The notes under the pieces were generated by a model. The model was not told the origin of the DNA and ran no database searches. It saw only the letters and a list, made by a program, of their open reading frames with translations. Shown here one piece after another: positions 1 to 13,107 of a stretch of DNA of 64,000 nt; the first letter of the stretch is position 1; each line of letters starts with the position of its first letter. The stretch is from the NCBI GenBank assembly GCA_028534125.1, contig CM052816.1, positions 35,280,001 through 35,344,000 of the forward strand. Direction: 5' to 3'. A program made the translations under genes and the position numbers. The DNA comes from Lama glama (taxonomy: Eukaryota).

Positions 1-899
1 CTTTCTAGACTCAGTGCCCCTCAACTGCTTTTGTTCTCCTTGGACTTAAAGGCTACTCTTCTTGTTCTTCTGAGGAACAAAGATAACTGGCCAGAGTCTC
101 ACTTTTGTCCTTCAGAAGCAAATCACATAAGCTCAACAGTTTGTCCTACCAAAAGTTAGGGGTTGAAACAAGACCTCTGCAGTCTCTCCCAGCCCCAGCA
201 CCCGTGACTGTTCGCTACTTGGCTACATCCCTCTCTGCTGTCATCCTCATAAATTCCTTGAGCTTTGTAGCTCGTGTCCACAGAAGATTCTTTTATGGAT
301 CCAGCTCGAGTGGATCTTTGTTAATACAGGAATGGCCTATTTGGAAATTTTAAAGAAGACAACAAATTACATTCAGGAGATGTTTGCCTGCTTCCCTCCA
401 GCTTTTGTGCAATATTCCTGTTCTCCACCCTGCTGCACCCCATTCCCACTCCACATCCATGTCCTAGAGAAGTTGTTCTAGCTGTTATTCCCTATTTTCT
501 GTATCCCCAAAATCTCCTTGATTGGCTCTTTCAGCTCAAAATTTCTTTAAAAAACAAAGCCTTTCTTTCCCTAATCCAACCAATTCTTCCAGCTACTGCT
601 CAATCTACTCTTCTTTAAAACTCCTCAAACAGACTTCTAGGGGATAAACCATTAAAACTCTGCATTTGCTCCCAGAAAGTATGAACCAGGCTATATACTT
701 AAGATATTCCCTTTCTCTGAAGCTCCACCAAATATATTCTGTTTTCTTCTCTCATATCCTGTGTAACACAGAACCAAAAGGTGGTTTGATGTTCTCCATG
801 ACTTCTCCCCAATTCCACCCCTATTAAAGTTAAACTTACTTGCCTAGACCACCCTCTGCTCTTCCTCTTTATCACATACACTCATAAGCTTTCTCTTAT

Positions 900-1030
900 T
901 TACCCCTTATAGCAACACTCTGAGACACATATCTTCATCTTATAAATGGTGTCAGAGAGAATAATCTGTCCAAGGTCACACAGCTAACAAATGCAAGAGC
1001 TCAGACTCAGCCCAAATCTACCTCTTAATG
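900..1030. mobile_element. MIR SINE fragment
   Basis: MIR core-like TGTCCAAGGTCACACAGCTA...CTCAGCCCAAATCT. Confidence 0.65.
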
Positions 1031-2599
1031 TGTTAGACTGGATACAACCTAAGGAGCTCAGAGGATACAGAAGCATGGGGACCTAAAGACCTCCAGTTCT
1101 TGTATCTAAAGATTACTTTGAGAATAACTACCAAAGCTAAACTGATGAGAGCACTTTATAAATTGGTTACATATTACACGAACCTGTACTTAGTACTTTA
1201 TCATTAAAGTACAAGCTAAGAGGCATGGGGAAAGCTACCTACTCCCTGTAGGCCACCTGCTTTGTAGCATGAGTAGCAGCTAAGGTGAAGAAGCCCTTTG
1301 AGGCCAAGATTAGCGAGTCCTTGATATGACATACTCTGTTAGAAGAAATGAAGGTGAAAACAGAAGAGGCCTCTCACTCTTTGCGTTTCTAACTAGAATC
1401 ATAACCAATGCTTCAACCTCCCTAAGCAATAACAATTAAGAAATAAATCACCATCTTCTTATCTAACCAACCCCAGTTCCACACTGGATAATTAGTAACA
1501 GCATCACCGTAAGACAGACAGAGTACACATTTCTCTATGTCCCCGGAAAACAAATATCTGGTTTAGTACTTTAAAGTTTTAGAAAATTTTTCAGAATGCC
1601 AAGTTATATTAAATAATATTAATATTATAAAATACTGTTTTTACATGAAATGCATTATTTCAAAAGATTTTCTGAATTCCTAAATGTGATTATTTTATGT
1701 TGGCATCTTGTGACCAAAAATAATTCCTAGAAATAAATGCATCCCTTATCTCACAGTAAAAAAGGAATAATGATTCAATTTACAGAAATACTATTCTCCT
1801 CTACCTCCCCTCCCAAAAAGAGATCAGTTAAATAAATAGCATATTAAATAGCACAGCAAGTTTCTAAAGTAATTAGTATAACTCCTAAAATGTCTATTTA
1901 CTCTTAGAAAGCCAGTATAGGTAAGGAGTATTGGTTATACTAGAATGAACATACAATATAAAGAAAGTAAACACTGTAGTCAACTTTTGAAAAGAGTAAA
2001 CTACATTTAGGGGAAATTTTTCCATATTTTAGAAAAGCACATCATGCTTTCCACCTATGAACTAACAGATGTGTGGTAAGGTAAATCAGGATTTCATAAA
2101 CAGGTAGTAATTGAAGTGTTCTGAGTTCTTATACCAAAAAGTATTTATTCCAGGACATTGAGTCAAAGAACAAACTACTACTAGAGCTATAATTACAGTA
2201 AAGCATTGAAAATAATCAACAGAATGACTCAAGCTTGAAAAATACCTAAATACTAGTTGTCATAAATAGCTTTTCTCTGTAGACTGTATCTTCCAACTAC
2301 TTGCTTTCTTTCTTCTTTCTTGAATATTTTTTAAATACAGCATAAAAATGCATGAAGAAGAATGTGTAGTTTCTGTACCACACAATAATTCAAAATGAAT
2401 GTTTCTCTGAATCAGTTGTTTATTCAGACTTGGACTATTACAAAATAAGAATGCTTTTTAGAATCTCTGAGTCCTTATGAGATACAGAAATCCAAAAGAC
2501 AAGTCATCAAATTCCCTAAAACTGAGGTTTTCAAAGACTCATTTGTAAGTACAGAGGAAACCTTAGGTAGTTTCCATTCAGAAGAGCCTGTTTTTCTGC

Positions 2600-2765
2600 A
2601 TTTTCTCAAAGCTACCTGGGCTGCAGTAAGAATCACCTGAGGGCATTTTAAAACTACCAATTCTTGAATCCCATGACCTGAGATTCTGATTTGATAGGTT
2701 TGGGATGGGGCCAGGCATCAGTATCTTAAAGCTTCTCAAGTAATTCTAGTGTACAAGTTCTGCTG
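2600..2765. mobile_element. MER5-family hAT-Charlie MITE
   Basis: AGAATCACCTGAGGG...GATTCTGATTTGATAGGTTTGGGATGGGGCCAGGCATCAGTAT motif. Confidence 0.7.
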
Positions 2766-2932
2766 CAACAAACATTTGTGACCCAAATAATCACTGGATT
2801 GTGCAAGATCTCACAACAAAAACCACATAGCATATGGGAAAATGGCATTAGAGGCACAACGCTCAAAAACTCCTCAAGGAAACATAATAAAAACTTTATA
2901 TGATTTTACATGTATTAAATGGTTAAGGCATA

Positions 2933-3010
2933 AAGTCAGCCCTCCATATCAGCTGGTTCATCTGTGGATTCAACCAACCTCAGATTGAAAATATTCAGAA
3001 AAACAATTTT
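2933..3010. mobile_element. MER2-like Tigger MITE end fragment
   Basis: AGTCAGCCCTCCATATC...GGATTCAACCAACC...AAAATATTC terminal motif. Confidence 0.6.
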
Positions 3011-3554
3011 AAAATGTTTATATATTGTACCCGGCAACTTTACTATATTTATTGATTATTTCTAATAGTTTTTTGATGGAGTCTTTAGGGCTTTCTACAT
3101 ATAAAATCATGGAATCCACAAATAGTGACAGGTTTAAATCTTCCTTTCCAATTTGAATGCCTTTATTTCTTTTTCTTGCCTAATCACTGTGGCTAGGACT
3201 CCTAGTACTATGTTGAATAAAAGTGTGAGTAGGCATCCTTGTCTTGTTCCTGATCTTAGAGGGGCAACTTTAAATTTTTCAGCTTTGAGTATGATATTAG
3301 CTGTGGATTTGTCAATATGTCATTTATTATATTGAGGTATGTTCCTCCATACACATTTTATTGAGAGTTTTTACCACAAATGGGTGCTGAGTCTTGTCAA
3401 ATGCTTTTTGTTCATCAACTAAGATTATCATATGATTTTTACCCTTCGTTTTGTTAATGTGGTGAATCAAACTGATTGATTTGTGGATGTGAAACCATCC
3501 TTGCATCCCTGGAATAAATCACACTTGATCATGGTGTATGATCCTTTTAATGTA

Positions 3555-3777
3555 CAGTTGTCACTCAGTATACAAGGGGGATTGGTTCCAGGACCCATCA
3601 CAGATACCAAAACATGCGGATACCCAAGTCCCATAGTTAGCCCTCCATATTCATGGTTCCGCACCCTTGGATTCAACCAACCGCATATCATATAGTACTG
3701 TATTTACTACTGAAAAAAAAATCTGTGTATAAGTGTACCTGTGCAGTTCAAAATCTGTGTTGTTCAAGGGTCAACTG
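3555..3777. mobile_element. MER8-like Tigger2-derived MITE inserted in L1
   Basis: Ends CAGTTG...CAACTG, flanked by TA at 3553-54 and 3778-79. The L1 sequence is continuous across it. Confidence 0.85.
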
Positions 3778-5139
3778 TATTGTTTCTTTGGCTTGCTAAT
3801 ATTTTGTTGAGGATTTCTGCATATTTGTTCATCAGAGATAATACCCTGTAATTTATATGTGTGTGTGTAGTCCTTGTCTGGTTTTGGGATCCAAATAATG
3901 TTGACCTCATAAAATGAGTTAAGAAGCATTCTTTCCTCTTCAATTTTTTGGAAGAGTTTAAGAAGTACAGGTATTAAATCTTTGAATGTTTGGTGGAATT
4001 ACCCAGTGAAGCTGTCTAGTCCTGGGATCCTGTTTTGGGGAGATTTTTGTTTCAGTCCCCTTCTTATTGATCACTCTATTCAGATTTTCTACTTCTTTGT
4101 CATTCAGTATTGGAAGGTTGTAAAGTATCACTAAAGAATTTATCCACTTCTTCTAGGTTGTCCAATTTGTTGGCACTTTCTTTTTACTGCCATTTCCTTG
4201 GAGTATCTTCTTCCATCCCTTCACTTCTAGCCTATGTTTGTTTTTAGAGCTAAGATGAGTCTCATGGAGGCAGCATATGGTTGGGCCTTATTTTTTAATC
4301 CAGCCAGCCACTCTGTGTCTTTTGATTCAATCCATCTACATTTAGGGTAATTATTACTATTTAAGTACTTAGTTCTGCTGTTTTATCTTTCGTTTTCTGG
4401 TTGCTCTATAATTCCATCACTCCTTTTTCCTTGTGTTTCTGTCTGCCATTTTAGTTTGGTGGTTTTGCAAGAGTATTTTGTTTCCTCTTTTTTGTTTCAT
4501 GTCTCTGCTCTAGATTTGTTTTATGGTTACCATGAAGTTTGTATAAAACATCTCATAGATAAAACAGTCCTTTTTATGCTGACAACATCGTATCTTCATT
4601 TGCCTATATGGTTTCATCTTTTTCCACTTCCAATTTTATATTTTATCATCTCAAATTATCCCTTTTATATTGTGAGTTTATTACCAAATGGAAGCAGCTG
4701 TAGGTTTTTTTCTTTTACTGCTTTTTTCCCTTCATGTTATAATTAAGTGTTTAAACAACTTATTCTGATATGGAGTTGCAATTTTCTGATTCTGTTTCTA
4801 TTTATCACCTTATTCATAGTTTTGTGCATCTTGGCTTTTTCATTTCAGGTAGAAGAGCTCCTTTCAACATTTCTTATAAAGCAGATTTAATAGTGATGAT
4901 CTCCCTCAGCTTTCATTTATCTTCAAAAGTCTTTATTTCTCCTACATATCTGAAGGATAACTTTGCTGCACAGAATTTTCTTGGCTGACATTTTTAATAT
5001 TTCAGTATTTTGATTATGTCAATCCACTTTCTCCAGGCTGGTAGAGTTTCTGCTGAGAAATCTACTGATGGCCAAATGTGGATTCTTTTATAGGTTACCA
5101 TCCTTTTTCCCTGGATTCCTTTAAAATTGTGTCTTCATT

Positions 5140-5345
5140 AGCCACATTATATATTTGAAACTTGTTAAGAGAGTAGATCATAAATGTTATCACCACACAC
5201 AAAAAAAGGTGAGGGATGGAGATGTTAACTAACTTCTCAATGGTAACCATTTTCACAATACATATGGGTATCAAATCATCTCATCATACTACTTAAATTT
5301 AAATATGTTATATGTCAATAATATCTCAATAAAACTAAAACAAAT
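5140..5345 (+). mobile_element. L1MA-type 3' end fragment
   Basis: GTTAAGAGAGTAGATC...TATATCTCAATAAA 3' terminus. Confidence 0.75.
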
Positions 5346-5599
5346 ATTTAAATCATTTCTTCACATTTCCTTTGGAGAATTTTAATGTAATGTGTCTTGG
5401 AGAAGGTCTTTTTACATTGAATTAATTAGGAGTTCTCTAAGCTTCATGTATTCATATATCTAGTTCCTTCCCCAGGTTTGGGATGTTCTCAGCTATTATT
5501 TCTTTAACTAAATTCTCGGCTCCCTTTTCCCTCTTCTTCTGGGATACCCATTATCCTAATGTTGCCCTTCCCAAAAGAGTTGGATAGTTCTCACAGAAT

Positions 5600-5605
5600 T
5601 TCTTC

Positions 5606-5642
<37 letters not shown>

Positions 5643-5695
5643 TTCTTCTCTTCTTCCTTCTCCTCCTCCACCTGCTCCTCCTCCTCCTTCTTTTT
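5600..5695. repeat. (CTC/CTT)n polypyrimidine tract
   Basis: About 95 nt almost entirely C/T. Confidence 0.9.
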
Positions 5696-6944
5696 TAAAT
5701 CTTAATGCTCTCTCCTCTTCTACTTATAGCATTTCTAGATTTCTACCTTTGAGCTTGTTAATTCTCTCTTCCATATGGTCTGCTCTATTTCCAATGCTTT
5801 CTAGTGAGTTCTCCATCTTATTTATTGATTTAACTCCAGAATTTCTGTTTTGTTATTATATAGAGTTTCAGTCTTTTTGGTAAAGTATTCCTTTTGCTCA
5901 TTAATTTTATTCCTGAGCTCATAGAATTGCCTTTCTGAGTTTTCTTATACATCGCTGAGTTTCTTCATGATAGCTATTTTAAATTCTATCAGATTGCAAT
6001 ATTCCATGACTTCAAGTTTATTTTCTGGAGAGCAGTCATTTTCCTTTTACGATTCTGTGTTACCATGGTTCTTCATAGTGCTTAATGAATTGCTCCTCTG
6101 CCAGCAAATCTGAAGAAGAGAATAGCTTTCTTCTTCATATAAAGCTTAAAAAAAACCCAAAAAACCCTTGATTCTAAGGATTCAGTAAGTTAATAGAGTC
6201 GTTCTTTTATTTCCCAGTAGATGGCACTATAGCACAAATTTCTGGTTTGTCTTACCCGAGCTCTGGTTGTATTTGAGAGCTGGCACTTTACACCTTCCAC
6301 TGCCTCTATAAGAGGTGTCACCCAGTACCCTAGATGTCACTGCTTGTGCCTCCAGGGTCACTGGTGCCTTAATGCTGCTGGTATCAGCAGTGTCACCCAC
6401 TGAGGCACCAGGATGTCAGGTGCTTCTGTGTTTTCAGTCTCCTGAGTGGCAGGCTCTGCTGCCACAGGTGGAGGGAAAGGGTGTATGGCAGCCAGGGCCT
6501 CATGTGTCTCTGCTGTGGCCAGAATTGTAGGGTACACAGGCTCTGCCACTGGGTGGGGGGACATAGGGGAGGAGTTGGAGTGGTTGGCACATCTGCAGCT
6601 GGAAGGATGTGGTTGCAGGCTCCACTGCCACTGCTGTTGAGTTCCAGGTGGCTGTGGGTACCTGTGCAGCCATGAATCTGGTGTGTAAGCTGTCTCCCCT
6701 GGTGCTACGAGGTTCTCTGAGTCTGCAGGCTCAGGGGTATGAGATCATATGCACTGCCTTCACTGTTCCCCATCTCCCTCCTCTATCTGTATCAATATAC
6801 CCACCTTTAGATGTAACGATGTGCAGAATTCTCCAGCCTTCTAGTGTTTAGGAAATCGGCTCCTTTGTTGAGTTATGGATGCTTTACTAGTTGCAGATTA
6901 AAGGAGAGAGACAAAGGGATCATCTCATGCTGCCATGATAATTT

Positions 6945-8090
6945 TTAACTGGATTTTTTTTCTTTTGCTTTTGAGTTATATGAGTTTCTTGTATTTTTGA
7001 TATTATATCAAAAAAACAGTTTGCTAAATTTTTCTCCTATTCTGTAGGTTGCCTATTCATTTTGCTGAGGGTTTTGTTTTTGTTTTTGTTTTTCTGCTGT
7101 ACGGAAGCTTTTTATTAGTGCTTTTGTTGCTTATACATTTTCGCTTTTGTTGCTTGAGATTTTGGTGTCATATCCAAAAAACTGTTGCCAAGACCAATGT
7201 CAAGAAGTTTTTTCCCTATATTTTCTTCTAGTAGCTTTGAAGTTTTGGGTTTTACATTTAAGTTTACAATCCATTTTCAGTTAATTTTTGTGAGTGGTGT
7301 AAGATAGGGGTCCAATTTTAAATATCCTTTTACATGGGCACATTCAGTTTTCCTAACATCCAATATTAGACTATTCTTGGCTCCCTTGCCAAACTTTAGT
7401 TGACTACATCTACATGGGTTTATTTCTGGACTCTCAATTCTGTTCCATTGGTCTCTGTATCTGTTTTTATGTCAGTACCATACTGTATTCATTACTACAG
7501 CTTTATAATAAATTTTGAAATCCGGAATTGTGATGCATCCAGCTTTGTCTACTTTCTCAGAATTACTCTGGCTATTCCAGGTCTTCGTGGTTCCATGTGA
7601 ATTTAACATTTTTTTTCTATTTCTGTGAAAAATGCCATTAGAATTTTGATAGGGATTGCACTGAATCTATAGATGGCTTTGGATAGTAAGGGTATCTTAA
7701 CAATATTAATTCTTCCATTTCATTAGCACAGAATACCTTTCCATTTATTTGTATCTCCTTCAGTTTCTTTCATCAATATCTTATACAATTTTCAGTGTAT
7801 TGATATTTCCCTTTCTGGTAAACTTTATTTCTAAGTATTTTAACGTTACTTGATGAACTGTATATGGGATTGTTATCTTTATTTCTTTTTCAGATAGTTC
7901 ATTGTTAGTGTATAGAAACCCAATGATTTTTGTACATTGATTTTGTATCCTGCAATTTTACTGAATTCATCTATTAGTTTCATTAGTCTCTTGGTGGCAT
8001 CTTCAGTATTTTCTATATATAATAACACATTCTCCACAGACAGAGACAATTTTTTGCTTCTTCTTTCGCATCTGGATGTCTTTTATTTCT
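6945..8090 (-). mobile_element. L1 ORF2 fragment
   Basis: GATAGGGATTGCACTGAATCTATAGAT and related antisense ORF2 motifs. Confidence 0.85.
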
Positions 8091-8099
8091 GACAAGTGT

Positions 8100-9350
8100 A
8101 ATTGTAGATGTGTAAAAAAACACAAGATAAAATTCACCTTTAGCATAGAGCAAAACAAGCCTTCAAACTAAAATAGCCATTAACATATGAAAAGGTATTT
8201 AATTTCATTCATAGTTAGTGAAATATAAATTAAAAGCCATAGTAGGTATCACTTCTTAACTACCAGATTAACAATAATACTCTGTTGCCCAGATTAAGTG
8301 ACAATTGGTAGTTTCACATATTCCTGTTGGATACACAAAATGATACAGGGCTATAAAGGAAATTTATATTTATTTATATTGGCAATATATAGCAAAAACA
8401 TTTACACTTTGACCTAGAAACTCCATTTCCAGGAACTTACTCTAAGGATACTCATAAGGATACAGAAACATATCTGTAACAAAGTTACTCATTACAGCAT
8501 TACTTGTGATTGCAATATACTCTGAGACATAATATTCCAACATAGTAACTTGGCTGAATATCTAAATATTCTTTCTGCTAAAAGGAACCAAAAATCCCTT
8601 AGGGAAAGACTTTAATGAAGGACTGGAAAAGGGAAGATCAAAAGATGAGCCTGGAGTATTTTAGTAAGTCAGGAAATAAGAAGTATTCGAAGAATGACAG
8701 GGAAAGAGTTCGGGTAACTAAAAGCAAATATGGCTACCTAGGCTTCTATCTCCCAATATCTCTTCCAAATGCAACACAAACAATAAAAACATAAAAGTAA
8801 AACCACACAAAAACCAAGCCCTCAGGATTAAAGATAGAATGTACACACTTCAAAATAACTAACCAAAAAAGGAAAACTACATAGCACAGAGTGTGACTTC
8901 TCACACTTACATTCCAGATTAAAGGAACTGAAGAAACATAACTAAATGAAATGAGTGATTCTGGATTAGACCCTGAATCAGGATGAAAAAAAAAAATTTG
9001 CCAAAAAGGGACAATATTGGAACAACTGACAAAAGCTGATAATAGCGTGGTAACATTTCTAATTTTCCCAAATTTGATCATTATATTGTGGATTTGTTCT
9101 AAGAAAATACATGCTTAAATATTTAAGAATAAAGAGACATGATGTCGTCAACTATCTTGTGAATCATTCAAAACATATATAATATGTATATATATATATA
9201 TATCAAAGTTATATTGAGAGAAAAAGAGAACCAAAGATCAAATACAGCAAAATGTTAACTAATCAATAGAGTAGATAGGGGACTCTGTTTTTTTGTTCTA
9301 TTCTTGAAACTCTGCTGTGTATTTTAAATTTTTTAAGTAAAGACATAAAA
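8100..9350 (+). mobile_element. Old L1 (L1MC/ME-type) 3' fragments
   Basis: TTTGACCTAGAAACTCCATTTCCAGGAA and CTATTCTTGAAACTCTGCTGTG 3' UTR-type motifs. Confidence 0.6.
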
Positions 9351-9364
9351 ATCACTAGTTACAA

Positions 9365-10349
9365 GACTTCTGCTTCCAGTCAAGATAGAGAAACAGGCAC
9401 ATATTTATCCCCTTGCATAAAACAACTAAAAACTGGACAAAATACAAGAAATAATGTTCAAGCCATTGGACATTAGGCAAGGAAGGACACTGAACTCTGA
9501 AAGACTATAAATAAATGAACTGAGTCCTAAGATTATCACAGCTTACTGAATGGAGAAAATGTACAAGCCATGGCCCAAGGAAGAAAAGCCAAGTAGAACA
9601 CAGTTATCTCTGTGAGTTAAAGAGACTGTTCAGAGCAAAGAGACATCAGGGTACAGTACTGGAGAAGACACAAGGACACAGTACTGCAGAGGAGGGAGGT
9701 GTACGAAGAGAAGACTCAGGAGATCTACAAAGACTCCTCCTCAAATATTTAGCTAAGTGCTGATCAGCTCAGGATGTGAGGAAACTACTCTATGCCAAGG
9801 AAATAACCCATCTGTAAGGATTACAGAAAACATTTTCTAGAGCTCACATAGGATCATGGAATTGTGCCAAGTTCCAACAGCCAGAGTATAAAACCTCATA
9901 ATATGGGGAGCATCCTCTGAATACTGAGAATGATCTTGCCCCAGCAGAAGACATAAATTCACTCTAGACTACACATACTGCTGGGCTACTTAATAAATAT
10001 AAAAAACAAAAACCAAAAAGATCAAGCTATGTGCAAGTAACTTAACTATATCCCAACAAAGCTCAATAATATATAAAGAAATGTAAAACTATTCAGTAAC
10101 TAATAATTTAAATTCATAATGTCTGGCATCAAATCAAAGATTACCAGACATGCAGATGCAGGAATATAAAATAAGGGGGAAAAATCAATCAAACTGGCTC
10201 AGAAGTAGCACCAGTGATAGAAGACAGGAGGAATAAAAGTTATTATGACTGTATTCCATATGTTCAAGAAACTGAAAAAAAGAATAAATTATATTAATTA
10301 GAAAAATGGAGAATATTTTAAAAGATTCAAATTGAACTATTACAGGTGA
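9365..10349 (+). mobile_element. Old L1M 5' UTR and ORF1 start (continues at ~17197)
   Basis: Begins GACTTCTGCTTCCAGTCAAGATAG and contains ATGTCTGGCATCAAATCAAAGATTACCAGACATGCA. Confidence 0.7.
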
Positions 10350-12292
10350 TTCATTTATTTATGACTTGTTAATTTTCAACATGAAAATGGCTCAACTACT
10401 CAAGTTTCTGTTTTCTTCACTCCAATTCCTCCACCATAAGTACAGGCATGGGGCAAAAGGAGGATCTGAATTTGGCAGATATGAAAAAATAAAGCACTGG
10501 CACACACAGGCATATTTAAATTGAAATACTGGTGAGACAGGAAGTGACACTGCCAGAGGAGGAGGAGGGAGGGAGGAAGGGACACAGCTGGAACAGGAGA
10601 GATTAGGGAAAGGGTTAGTTAATCTCACTGATAGGGTTATTCAAGAGCCCAGGGGTTGGAGGGGCGACAGTCCAACATGGTGGCATAGCAAGCCTGAACT
10701 CACCCTCTTCCAAGACATACCAAATCTACATCTACATATGGAATAATTTCAACTAAAAAGAACTGAAAACTAGATGGGCAGTAGAGGCAAAGATGCAGTG
10801 TCACCTAAAACCCCATCCCAAAGCAGTGATACACAGTAGGGAGGCATCTCATAAGCCCAGACCTCTCTTTGAGGATCAAAGGATTTGTGCCGCACACTGG
10901 GCACCTAAACCCTTGAGACCCACACCAGAGAGACAAGGCCGCCAAGACATCTGGCTTTAGAAACCAATGGGGCTTACACCCAGGGGGTCATCTGAGGTAC
11001 TTCTATTGCAGGGCTCATGTGTGGACTCACTGGTTCCAGGAAACAGCACAAAGGCAGCAGTTTGAAAGGTGACTGGATTATATATGAAGGAGATTCCGTT
11101 GCTAATCTTAAAGTATCTGCTGGATGGACAGGAATTAGTTGGGATTTTCCTCATGGATGGTGGCACTAAACCTAATTACCCCCACCCCCAAAAAATTAAT
11201 AAATAAACTTTTTTTTTTAAAATCAGGCTACTCAGACAATCACAAAGGTCTCAGAGATAACCAAGAGCTAGGGTAAGGCTGAATGATAAGAGCCATCTCC
11301 TACATAAGGCCTAGTCCTTCAAGACTGGGAGAGATAGCTATTTCTCCTAATACATAGAAACAAACACACAGAGTCAAGCAAAAGGAAGAAACAGAGGAAT
11401 ATGTTCCAAAGGAATAAGACAAAACCTCAGAAAAAGACCTTAATGAAACAGAGACAAGTAAAATAATACACCTGATAAAGAGTTAAAGAGATGCTTACTG
11501 AACTAAGAAGAAGAATGAATGAACACAGTGAGACCTATAAGAAATGTAAGAAAATACTAAACAGATGTCACAGAGTTGACGAATACAATAACTGGACTGA
11601 AAAATACCCTACAGGGTTCAAAAGCAGACTAGATGAAGTTGAAGAACAAAACAGCAACCTGGAAGATAGGCCAGCAGAACTCACCCAGAGTAGCAAAAAG
11701 AAACAGGAATTTTAAAAAGTGAAGCTACTTAGGAGACTTACAAGACAACATCAAGGAAAATAACATTCACTTTATGGAGGCCGGGGGAGCCCACGGGGGT
11801 AAAGGGCAGAAAAATAAGAGAGAGAGAAAGGGGCAGAAAACTTATTTGAAAAAATAATGGCCAAAAACTTCCCTAACCTGGGGAAGGAAACAGACATCCA
11901 AGTACAGGAAGCACAGAGAGTTCTAAATAAGATGACCACCAAGATAAATTATAAATAAACTGTCAAGAGTTAAAGATAAAGAGAGACTCTTAAAAGCAGC
12001 AAGAGAAAAACAACTTGTTACATAAAAGGGAACCCACGTTAAGACTACTGGCTGACCTTTCAGCAGAAACTCTGCAGACCAGAAGGGAGTGGCATAATAT
12101 ATTCAAAGTACTGCAAGTAAAAAACTTATAACCAAAAATACTATACCTGGAAAGACTACAATTCAGAATTAAATGAGATATAAAGAGCTTTCCAAATAAG
12201 CAAAGCTAAATGAGTTCATCACCACTAAACCAACATTACAAGAAATGTTAAAGGGTCTTCTTTAGGCTGAAAAGACAGAGCACCAACTAACC

Positions 12293-12352
<60 letters not shown>

Positions 12353-12388
12353 CACTTATATATATATATAATTGATATATATATATAT
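12293..12388. repeat. (TA)n microsatellite
   Basis: More than 25 perfect TA units plus an imperfect extension. Confidence 0.95.
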
Positions 12389-13107
12389 GTAAAAGTCTCA
12401 CTGGTAAAAGCAAATATATAGGAAAGGTAGTGCATTAACCACTTATAAAGCTAGTATGAAGTTTAAAAGCCAAAGGAGGAAAATTAAAACTACAATAATT
12501 AGTTAAGGAATACACAAAATAAAAAAGATGTAGAGTATGACAACAAAAACACAAAGTTTCCGGGAGGGAAATAAAAATGTAAAGTTTTTAGAATGTATTC
12601 GAATTTAAGCTGCTACCAATTTAAAACAGACTGCTATAAACAGAGACAGCTATATGTGAACCTCAAAGTAACCACAAAGCAAAACGTACAGCAGACATAC
12701 AAAAGATAATGAGAATAGAATTGAACATAACACTAAAGCAATTCATAAAACCACAAGTGAAGAGAGCAAGAAATAAAGAGAGGAAGAAAGAGAAAAACTA
12801 CAAAATAAGCCAGAAAACAATTAACAAAACAGCAATAAGTACACACCCACCAATATTTACTTTCAATGTAAGTGGACTAAATTACTCAATCAAAAGACAC
12901 TGAGCGGCTAAATGGATTAACAAAACAAAACAAAACAAGACTAACATACATTATGAAGAAGAGACTTACTTTAGATCTAAGGACCCACAGACTGAAAAAG
13001 AAGGTCATGGAAAAATTTTCCATGCAAACAGAAATGAAAAGAAAGCTGGAATAGTCATATTTACATTAGACAAAATAGACTTTAAAACAAAGAACATAAT
13101 AAAAAAA

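Larger units (their letters stand above)
3015..6940 (-). mobile_element. Degenerate L1 (ORF2 part, ORF1 and GC-richer 5' region), sense to FER, with nested insertions
   Basis: T-rich antisense L1 motifs (GGCATCCTTGTCTTGTTCCTGATCTTAG; GTTTCTGCTGAGAAATCT). No long ORF. Confidence 0.85.
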
